NCBI GenBank assembly: GCA_050230475.1
Contig: JBFLGF010000015.1
Location: forward strand, 1 to 64,000
Source of the DNA: Ancylonema sp.
Taxonomy: Eukaryota
Direction: 5' to 3'
Length of the DNA: 64,000 nt
Shown here piece by piece: positions 54,110 to 64,000 of the stretch (the first letter of the stretch is position 1; every line of letters begins with the position of its first letter). Made by a program: the position numbers and the translations under genes. A model generated the notes under the pieces. That model saw only the letters and a program-made list of their open reading frames with translations, was not told where the DNA came from and did no database searches.

Positions 54110-57100
54110 CCAGCCTCCTATTTGCACATACACTACATCGACCAGACCCCTTTCTGTCGATATTTTGAGTGCGATTACCCCTTCATCGACTGATTCCATC
54201 ATCGATCATCCATTTACCCTACCGATCTCATCTGGCACGGCAAAATATAATTGAAATATTGAGCGGCGGCGCAGGCTGACAACTGGAGCTCGGGAGTTGG
54301 CGAGCGAGCGGGGCGGAAGTTGTAGTGCGGCGGAACTCTTGATTTGGCGCGGCGCATAGGTGAGGTATTATAGGGAGAGATTTAGTAGATATTAGGGGTA
54401 AAATAGCTAACGATCTCAGACGTCGTGACAAAGAAGGTGTGGTCATAATCTGCCCTTTCCACTTGGCTAAACCCCTTAGCCAAAATTATTGCCTTAAAAT
54501 TTTATACAGAACCATCAGCATTGATTTTGATCCTGAACACCCATTTTGACTTTACAACTTTCTTCCCCTTCGGCCTTGATACTAGTCGATAGACCTCGTT
54601 TTCTCGGAGACTGCCCATTTCAAGTGCCATTGCAGCTTGCCACTGAGCTCTTGTTGGACTATTGAGAGCTTCTTGCACAGTCGTCGGTGTTCTGATCTCA
54701 GCCTCCAAGTTCGCAACAAAAGCAGCAGCCAATGTGTTTGGATTCACACCTCTATTTTCCCTTGCTGATCGACGCACATGCGGATAGTTATCGTATGGAT
54801 CATCGAAAATTTTTTCGGGATAGACATCGGCCAGACCAAGAGGGTTGAGAGGAGTAGCGTCATCTGGATACCATTCTGGACCGTCCTCGAGATGATCTTG
54901 GTCCTCATCGTCCCCACTAGAGTTACTCACAAGTTTTGGAAGATCTGCATTCTGAAGAGGAGGAGAGCTCGGAAGCTCTGGTAATGGATTTCCGACGGCA
55001 TCAAGGAGCTCTTCCTCGAGAGAATTTGGATCGCCATAGGCAGGTTGTCCACTTCGAGAACTGCCCCCTCCCATTCGAACACTATCCTCTCCTGCTCTTT
55101 GATCAACTGCATCCATATCTGGCCATGATTTTTTGACACTTCAACTGGCTCATGTACTCTTGCTTTCTTGCCAACTTTTTGTCCTTTCCACCAACTTGAC
55201 TTTACAAATTCATCGAAATCGGCATGACCAGCACCAACGTTGTGAACGTTGTTCGTTGCAGGATCTCAGACTCGGTAGCAAGGACTGTCAACGTTCCATC
55301 CAACTAGCACACCAAGCGAGGCTAGTGCATCTATTTTACCTGCACGATCTTGCTTCTCCAATCTCACATATAGTTTGCAGCCGAAATAGCGAAGATGATC
55401 AACTTTTGGAATTCCCCCGACCACATCTCCTCTGGAGTTTTTGGAAGGCCACTAAATTGGCATCGATCTTTTAGGTACGAAGCTAAGGAGATTGCCTCGG
55501 CCCACAGACCAGGAGGAAGTTGCGTGTGGAGAAGTATAGAGCGAGCCCTTCTTGCAATGTACGATTCATGCAATCTGTGATTGCAATCCTTTGAGATTTT
55601 TGAGAGGTTTTCGAGATTGCCGTTCCCAAATTGCGATCCATTGCTTCAGACGAGGAGCCGCATCATCTTTGTTTCGAAGTGTTTCCACCCAAGATTTTCG
55701 GTTGTATTCATCGACCAGCACCATGTTGTACACTCCACCCCCTATCGATGCTCGATTGAACGGCCCTACTAAATCGACTGACACTCTGCCAAGGCATACT
55801 TGCTCTCCTACACCAGCTTCTCGACGAGGATGAGGTTTGTCGTGTGCCTTCCCCAGCTTGCACCCTTCACGATTCTGCGCACTTCCTAACATTTATCCTT
55901 CAAGTCCTCTTACAAGATGCTCTCATGCCATATTTTTTAGCACTCTCTCAATCACATGCCCAAGTCTTGTGTGCACGAGATTGATTTCAATAGCACCTAC
56001 AACAACTTCCCCTTAAATGAGTCGTTGGTGTCGAACCGGAGTGGACCGGCTTGTCGATGTTTCTTGCAAAGTGCAAACCTGTTGACCAGATTTGTTGTAG
56101 ACTGGAATGATGCCACGTGCTTTTCCACCGCAAGTACATGACCTTGTTTCTCTGGCTTTTTTACCGCTAAACATATTTATCCGCATTCTAGGGATGTAAA
56201 GACATTTCTTGAGCGTTACACCTCCACATTCTCCCTCTATATTCAGCTCAATTGTCCCCCACTGCTTCACACACACACTTCCGACCATTTGGTGCATAAT
56301 GACCTCATGAGGGATGTCTTCGAGGGTTTTGAAATGACTTTTCTGCCCACAGTATGATGGCTGGAACCGTCGTCGAAGAGAAAACTATTTTCTTCAACAT
56401 CCTGATCTGCAAATTTTCCTTCACAAATCTCAACGACGAGAGCTTCTCCATGACCGCAGCTCTCATCTTCATCGATTTCACCAACAAAAGTAGTCTTTCG
56501 CCCTGTTCGCACCCCTTTTCTCTGCATTCGTGGAGCGTCGTTTTTATTGTCGAAACAGGTGAATTATACATGACCGCTGGCTCCACAATATTTGCATTCT
56601 TCATTTTTCTTAGAGCAATCTCTGCTGTAGTGACCTGTCTCTCCACAAGTGTAGCAAGAATGTCCTCCATTTGATCCACCGCTTCCACCTCTGCCTTCAC
56701 GACCACCTCTGCCTCCACGGTTATCTCCTGCATATCCCCTGCATGTTCTCTTGCCTCCACGATTGTCGATGCCACCACCTCTGCATTGACTTAACTTTTT
56801 TTGTCGCGCTGACCACTTGGCATAGTTTGCCTCAACTACTAGTGCCTCAGCGTATTTGACATATTTTTCTTTCTTGTCGTCTAGCTCATCCATTCCCATC
56901 TGCCCCCAGATCCATCTGATTTCAGGTTCTTCTTTTTGCCCGTAATACAACTTCTTCAGCATACCGTACTTTGTTCTTGACATGCCAGCAAACAATGCCA
57001 TCACCCCATCTTTTGCACTGACTCGAAATTTATGATGTACACACTCTCTGATAATCGACGAAAAATCATTTTTGATGTTTCTGAATGTCATCTCTTCATC

Positions 57101-58329
57101 GATCGTGAAAGATTATAGATTTTCATGTGCATTCTGTCGAAGTTCTGGAGACACTTTGTCATATTCCTCTGTCAAATAGTCCCACACCGCCTTTGTATCT
57201 CGCTCAAATTGTTCAAGAGATGTAGCGATGTGATCGCTGACAAGTTGCATGAGCAACATAATCTTCTTCTTTTATATTTTGCGGAAGCTTTTGACGTCAA
57301 GTGTGTAGTGCTCCATTTTTGCTTCATTTGTTATCCGGTGTTCATCATCATAACTGGCTGTAACCTCATTTGGTATAGTCTCTGTTCCTTTGTAGATCTC
57401 AAGGCACTCGGCATCATCAAGAGTAGGAGAGGCCTTAGATATCCATGCTTGAAAGGTAACTTTGTCTCCGTCTATAATGCAGTACCTCGCTCTGATACCA
57501 TAGTGAGAACTTTCTCCTGCTATCGATGCAAGAATAAAGGTCATTTCTCTTTATCTCTTTGAATCAAATAGATCACGTCATTACAAACGTCGACACAACA
57601 AAAGTACAAGTTTAAAGTAGAAAGTATTGATTACAGAATTTTGCATGCAAGCTCAGACCTAGTACAGTCGAGTGCTGCCTAGTCAAAAGATCTACTAATA
57701 TCGAAACCACTCGGACAATTGCCAATCATATCTAAGCATTCTGCCACATCAACTTGTTTTTATCGACACTTGTACAAGATGGCCAAGTAATCATTGAAAC
57801 AAGGACATCGGCCTGCAGCCTGCATTTGTTGAATAACGACAAAATTAAAGCTAAATTTCCGGTATGCTAAAATCGATATAACGATACAAGTTCACCGCCC
57901 CTAAAAACTAAGAGTCTACGGCTACAATTCTGGCATGTTGAGATGTGCGCTCGATTGCGTATATCATCAAATTGTAAGTGTCGTGTTGGTTGCTTTTCTA
58001 TAACCAACGTGCCCGGTTCTCGCGAACCTGATTATTGACAACTTGGCTCGGTACCGTGAGTGTATGGTATGTGTTTTGTGCATCCGTATGTGCGCATCGA
58101 TCACTTTGTCAGTGGTCTAAGTTGTCTTCATTAGCTCTCTTGCATTTCAGACGGAGTTGAATTGCATTACCCGAGAGCAGACTTGCTTTCGGATTTCGTT
58201 GGTTACATAAAAGTGCTTTGAGCTGATCGAAGCCTAACACCAATAATGTGCATTTATGAGTGAATCCCATCGGTCAAGACTAGGCGGACGACTTGGACGA
58301 GCCGAGTCACCTGACGACAGCTTGCCAAG

Positions 58330-58770
58330 GAGAAGCTGAACTCATTCAGGGTAAATGAGAAGCTTTCAATCCGAGATATCAAGTTGGAGTTTTTATCGAT
58401 TCTGCGAGAGTGCACACATCATAAATACACAGTCAGCAAGGAAGACCAGGTAATCACGTTGTTTTTTGGAATGACAAAAACCAAGTATGGACTACTGAAG
58501 ATTTTGTACTATAGACACAAAGAGGCACTTGAAATCGAGTGGATCTGGGCAAAGATGGGAGTCGACGAGCTAGATGACGAAAAGGAGCAAGGAGTAAAAG
58601 ATGCATAAGCGTTGGTAGCAGAAGCCAATTATGCCAAGAGGTCAGCTCGGTAGTCTTTCTCAGATCGAGGCAGAGGTGGAGGCATCGACAGTCGAGGAGG
58701 CACAGGTGCAAGCAGAGGAAAAATTGAGAGCACTCGTGGGAGCAGAGGTTGTTCGGATTCAGACATCGGG
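58330..58770 (+). pseudogene. Degenerate Copia gag fragment related to the Copia-X gag, in opposite orientation
   Basis: EFLSILRECTHHKYTVSKEDQV...TKYGLLKILYY aligns with 56564-57091 DFSSIIRECVHHKFRVSAKDGV...TKYGMLKKLYY. Confidence 0.8.
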
Positions 58771-59140
58771 GACAACCTATTCTTCGACTGACGCTATTAC
58801 TGTCAACCTATTCACCGGTTGATGCCTCTTGACATCCTATACATCGACTGACGCTATGACAACCTATACTTCGGTTGACGCTGACGACTTGCTGGTAACA
58901 TCCGTAAGATCAAGCAACAATATGATTGCAAATGAAGATAGTGGATGAAAAGAATTACTTGGAGGTTGTCGCCAATACAAGCTTTATCCCTCGAGTTACA
59001 AAAGATCTCGAACATTCCGACTACCGTACGATTTTCTCTACGGCGCCGCAATAGTCATATTGCTAATTCATATAGTCATCCCGATAACCTATCCCAATCC
59101 CTATCAGCATCCTAGCCACGTCTATCGATTTACTAGAATT

Positions 59141-61500
59141 TGTAAGGATTTGTATTTCGGATAGGCAACCTTAATTATTGTGCCTTGTCCGGTTAGCTTA
59201 GTTGTGCTTGTATGCATGATAAGCGCCTTGTCCTTGTATCTAGTAGGTGGGGCCGGGTACAACTCTACCCGGGCATCCACCGCCTTTGTATAGGCACACG
59301 ACCGGCGGTGTCCGGCGTGTGACTCATAATTTCTCCTGATGACTTAGATTCTCTATGTAAATGTGCCGTTGTGTAGGAAAGTTATGATTGGCCGGTGGCA
59401 TTAGTACCGACCGTCGGGGCTAGTAGAAACAGATTCTTCCGTTGTGCAATCGAAAGTACCGACCGTCGGCTAGTAGAAAAAGTGTCGGTTCAGATTCTTC
59501 CGTTGTACAATCGTCGGGTATACCTATCCCGACGATGACAGTTTTTCATCACTGTTCCACAAATCAGTCCCTCCGTATCTTGATCATCTTGATAATACGC
59601 ATATTACCGGAAAGTCATTTGTAGCCCGATCCTGTTGAGTGTTTATTGTCGTTCTTACTTAAAGGTTATGGGCCCGCGTGCGGTCTAGGACAACGGATGC
59701 CGTGGTGTCGGAAATCCTACAGGTTCCACGCGATTCACTGTGCCAAATCTTGGAACTCAACGGTAAATTGCGCCTTGTTGTTGGGGCAATTTGACTGGAA
59801 ATTTGTTTGCGCGTAATTTGTTTAATTGCGTGTAAGGTTGTTTTTAGGGGTCACTTGAAAACGCTGCAGCCGCCTGTGAGAAATTGTGCTTGAACTGCAT
59901 TGCTGCTTGCACAATAAATTTGCGTTTGTACTGACTTGCCCGAAGCAAAATGGGGGACAAAAGCAACATTCGGTCTCGTGGAGAAGAAACTGCAGAGGAT
60001 CGTGATGAGCTTTAACGGGAAGCCGAGAGAACCTCGGCCGGCAGTTATCGAGCCACTGTCACAGGCATATCTAAACTCTCTTGTTGACAATGCTGCTCGT
60101 CTTGCTGCAAATTGTCCTCATTGATGCAAGGCAACTAGATTGCGATGCATGGGATGAACGTGATTTAATGGCCCAAGCATATCTTGTTAAGTATCTTGGC
60201 CCAACTGAACAAACTCATGTTAGGAAATGTTCATATGCGTTCGAGATGTGGGATGCTCTGGAGACTCATTATGTCATGCAAGGAGAAATCGAGATTGCAA
60301 ATGCTATTGCACGATTGTCTGCCATTGTTATGTATGAGGCTGAAGAGCTTTCGGACTATGTCACTCGGTTGCAGGTGTTGTACGAGGAGCTAAACCAGCT
60401 CGGCAAGCCGCTGTCGACATCCGAGCAGGCGACTTTGGTGCTAAACTCCCTCAACTCCCGCTACAATCCCCTCGTTGGCTCCATTCAATTGTGGGCGGTG
60501 TCAGCTCCGACTCTCTACGCCATCCCCAACATCGTGTCTGCAATGATCCAAGGCGACGTTCGACAAGAGATCAACGGTCGCAAGCGAGGACAGGCGGCAG
60601 CGGGGGAACATCTGGCCAACTACGGAGGAGCTGGTGGTGCTGGCCCGAGCGGCAGACCACAGTATGGGGGGGCAAAGGACCGGCGGGGCATTCAGTGCCA
60701 TGGCTGCAACAAGTTCGGCCACTACAAGGCGGACTGCCCGAGTGGAGGGTCGCAGCAGCCAGATTCGAGAATCTGCCACAACTGCAACATGCCTAGACAT
60801 CTGGCGCGCAATTGCTCGCAGTCTCGTGGAGGCGATTCGCAGAGCGGCAAAGGACAACAGCAGTATGGGGGGCAGTATGGAAGAAATCGAGGTGACCGGC
60901 AGCAACAGCAAGGCCAGAGACAACGGCAAGAGTGCTCGTACTGCCATGAGGAGGGTCACGAGATTGAGAATTGTGAGGTGAAGGACATCGATTCTGGAGG
61001 GCTTGCGAGAATGGCTCCGCACATGGCGTCGCTGACTTAGGGAGAGTGAGCTCTCGACTTCAGCTAGCATGATGATCAGCAGAAAGGGCATAGTGTCATG
61101 AGTGCGTTCACGACTGATGACATTAGGGAAGATCTAATCTTGGATTCAGGGGCGACAGACCATATCTCTTCCCCAATCGAGAGCAATTTGAGGAGTACAA
61201 CACCAAGGTGCCTGCAGCGACGTCTTCGGTCCGCACGACAGATGGGAGGATACACCCGGTGGTAGGGGTGGGGCTAGTGAAGGTGGCATTCCAGAACAGA
61301 GCATCGGTGCGTCAAGTCCACCTCCAGGCGCTGCACGTGCCAAGTATCGGCCAGAACTGTGAGCATGATCTGTCTCAACGATCGTGCTAGGATAGGCTTC
61401 ACGATGAGTGCGAATGGGGTGCCTAGTCTCTTTTGGAGAGGGCAGAAATTTGCTGATGTTAAGAGGCATGAGTGCGGTCTGCTCGTGATGCCAGGGAGAG
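59141..61500 (+). mobile_element. Copia-4, 5' part only (LTR, gag, protease)
   Basis: LTR 59141-~59662, PBS GGTTATGGGCCC 59664-59675, gag 60081-61040 with three CCHC knuckles, PR LDSGATDH at about 61140. Confidence 0.88.
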
Positions 61501-61757
61501 TAGTGAGGAGAATGAGAAGATGGTTCGTGCGAGGCGCGGGAGCAAGCAAAATGGGGGGGGGCAGCAGAGTGCGCGAGTAGAAGCGTAGTGGGGAACAAAG
61601 GGGTGCATGCTAATATGGTCCTGGGTATGCCCGGAAAGGGGCTATCTGAAGAGTAACGCCCATTACCCCTGAAAAAGAACTCAAAGACTTTTCCCCCATC
61701 ATCCTTTTCCAACCCTCAACCCAGTGAACCTAAAAACTGGGCTAGAGATTACAAGCT

Positions 61758-64000
61758 TTTGAGTGATTAGACGTGCCGGAATAATTAGGTGGGCGACAAA
61801 ACGAACCGTACGCAAAAGGATCTCTATCATTCATGATCAACGAGACAGGAGTTGCGTGTGTGGACCGAATTATTATTGTGATTGCATCGGGGATGGTAAT
61901 ACCCGATGCGCTTTACAAATTGGTGTGTGCCGACGGTCGGCACAATTGACCGTCGGCCTATCATTGACTGACAGCTCATCTACATGTCAACGGCACATGC
62001 CGGACATTTCTGACACGACTAAACAAGCCAATCACGACGCGTCAAACAAATAACGTCTCTAAGCGTCGGAAACATGTCAGGTGCCCTGGCACAAACTTGC
62101 CCGGCCCCGCATATAGGCACATCTAGGAATATAGCTCCCGGTTAGAGTCACCGGTTACAACTGGACTAGCAAGCATCACATATGGCTATCCAAAATATTC
62201 CAACACACCCCCTCGGATGCCATGCTCAAGTTGGCATAGATGCAGACATCAAAAAAGGAGTACCCAAGTCATTGCCAAATCATGGCAGAACCATTGCATA
62301 AAAAGCAGTTTTGGTCTTCCCTAGCATAGCTAGGGGTTTCTATGCCCTATCGACACATGCAGCCGTTCGGAAGCCGATCGGAACTCCATGAAGTCGAACG
62401 CTCCAGATCCTTAGTCGTTTTTCAGGCCGAATCCCTGAACTTACAAACAAATACCACAAGTTAGGCGAAAAACAAAAAAACTTATGAAAATATTTTTGAT
62501 TTCTTAACTTTTTCAACTTCACGATTCTGAAACTTCACACTTTCCAGTCCAGAAAAATCTCAAAACAGCATAACTTCAAAATTACCAGTCCTTATCAGCA
62601 CCAACTTTTGACACAAGTATTGAAACAATGAGAGGACATACATTCGAAAATTCAGAACAAACTGACAAGTTTAAATGAGCAGATCTGTCCTTCAGCGTTT
62701 TCTTTTCAAGTGTCTTTTCAAGGTAATAAGGTAAGAGTGTGACTTAGCTGGATGAGCTGAAGTTGGTGTACCCTCCCCATTACTTCTGCATGAAAGAAAC
62801 ATCACAACACACCCCCTGACAACATGCATGGCATTCGAAACCTCTGATCATAAAAATAAAAGAAAAGATTGACACCCCCAGTTCAGTATAACCGTCCTAG
62901 ACTTTTGCTGTGTCTGTCCAGTAAAACTTGAGGAAGAGTTGTTAGCATATCTGCTGCTGGTTGATTGGCGCGCAAGATACACATATTTTTTAGTCTCCCC
63001 GTGCTGTGGCATTCCCGTACCCAGTGATATACCACATTAAAGTGTTTTGCTTTCTGTCGTTGCACAGGGTTCTGGATCATGGAGAGAGCTAAGGTTGAGT
63101 CAGTGCGGATTGTGATTTGGTTTGGGAACTTGAGTTCTTTCAAGAGAGACTTTAGATAACAGCACTCTTTAGATACACTAGAGGTAGCGATATATTCAGC
63201 CTCAGCAGTGCTCTGTGCAACAGTGGACTGCTTCTGCGACTTCCAACTCAGTGCTGTCCCCCCAACCGTGGTTACCCATCATCCTGTGACTGATGACGAC
63301 TTTCCTGTCATGCTGCTGCAACTGTTCCATGATGCATCGCAGTAACCCTTTACTTCAAAGCTGTCGTCTTTACCACCCACAAACGTCAGTCCGTGGTTCA
63401 CAGTCCCTTTAAGGTATCTGAATAGTTGATGTAACGCCCTTATGTGTGCGACCCCAGGATTTCCCATGTGTTTAGCCAGTACCCCAAGTGCATACCCAAT
63501 GTCCAGTCTGGTTTGTTTCATGGCATATATGAGAGATCCCACTTTCCCTCGAAAGTCTGTTATTTCTTCAGGGGTAGGGGGAAGAGTTGGTTCCATTTTG
63601 CGTAAACTGAGTTCCAGGGGCTAGAGGGAGTTTGGTTGGATTACACTCATGCATCCCATAACGTTCGAGTACTCCCCTTAAGAAACCTGACTCCCAGTGT
63701 GAGCAGTCTTCTCTGTCTATCCCTCTTCACTATTCCACCCCCAGGATATGGGTTAGGGGACCCAGATCGTTGACTTTGAACTTTTTACCCATATCTTCTT
63801 TAAAAGTTTTGACGACCATTGCGTTAGGACCTGTGATCACATCATCTACATGTATGCCCAGTATGATTCTGTTGTCTGCTTCCCCCCTCATATACATACA
63901 TGTGTCCATTACGCATTGTGTAAACCCTTCAGATATCATAAACTTTCTGAACATCTCTTGCCACACGTGGCTACTCTGTTTTAGACCGTATAAAATAAAG
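61758..64000 (-). mobile_element. Copia-5, 3' part (RT, RNase H, 3' LTR); continues beyond the window
   Basis: RT GIHVDD, RH GYCDA..., KAKHFNVVYHWVRE; PPT GAGGGGG and LTR 62205-~61758; same lineage as Copia-1 and Copia-2. Confidence 0.9.

Larger units (their letters stand above)
46266..54242 (+). mobile_element. Split-direct-repeat element E2 (A1-ORF-polyG-B1-A2-B2), a diverged relative of E1, lying within E1's A1
   Basis: A1 46266-~46923 (3'-truncated); ORFs 46990-50200; G10 at 50458-50467; B1 50468-50612; GC; A2 50615-51506; B2 51507-54242 (split by Copia-3). Starts TGTCA and ends CA. Confidence 0.82.
41154..54430 (-). mobile_element. Split-direct-repeat element E1 (A1-ORF-polyG-B1-A2-B2) encoding retropepsin and a DNMT-like domain
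   Basis: A1 54430-54243 plus 46265-45502; ORFs 45109-42260; G8 at 42247-42240; B1 remnant 42239-42164; A2 42163-41300; B2 41299-41154. Starts TGTCA and ends CA; flanks GAGA / AAGA within the Copia-X RT. Confidence 0.8.
32535..57913 (-). mobile_element. Copia-X LTR retrotransposon expanded to 25.4 kb by nested insertions
   Basis: 5' LTR 57913-57502, PBS TGGTATCAGAGCGAGGT (57500-57484), gag/CCHC at about 57470-56500, PR-like FDDGSSHH, integrase at about 55900-55300, RT split across 54600-54435, 41150-40470 and ~33660, RNase H 33432-33058, PPT and 3' LTR 32954-32535. TSD GTCTA at 32530-32534 and 57914-57918. Confidence 0.9.

Noticed and set aside
41154..54430. Ordinary DIRS/PAT/Ngaro element or ordinary Gypsy
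   Set aside because: No tyrosine recombinase, RT or integrase motifs were seen. Protease and TG...CA ends argue against a typical YR element, while the A-B-A-B layout and lack of a PBS argue against a typical Gypsy.

Overview
Eukaryotic, intron-rich, transposon-dense window from the green lineage (plant-type cytosolic HSP70 and tRNA-iMet primer sites; probably a streptophyte alga, by inference). The left half (1-30 kb) holds host genes: a Rubisco-LSMT/SETD3-type SET methyltransferase (minus, runs off the window), a Yae1-domain gene, three paralogous NTF2/SnoaL-fold-like genes (one carrying a 6.5-kb Copia in an intron, one frameshifted, one apparently intact) and an 11-exon cytosolic HSP70 with a heat-shock element. 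It also contains MITEs, tandem repeats and an Illumina-adapter/poly-G assembly artefact at about 25.5 kb. The right half (30-64 kb) is a nest of decayed retroelements. A 25.4-kb minus-strand Copia (TSD GTCTA) contains half-tRNA-primed Copia elements and two related head-to-head elements with split direct repeats (A-ORF-polyG-B-A-B) and TG...CA termini. These two encode retropepsin plus a C5-cytosine methyltransferase-like domain (one also keeps Gag zinc knuckles). The catalytic Cys, Glu and second Arg of that domain are replaced in both copies, and no RT, RNase H, integrase or recombinase is present. All assignments come from reading the sequence by eye; no database search was run.
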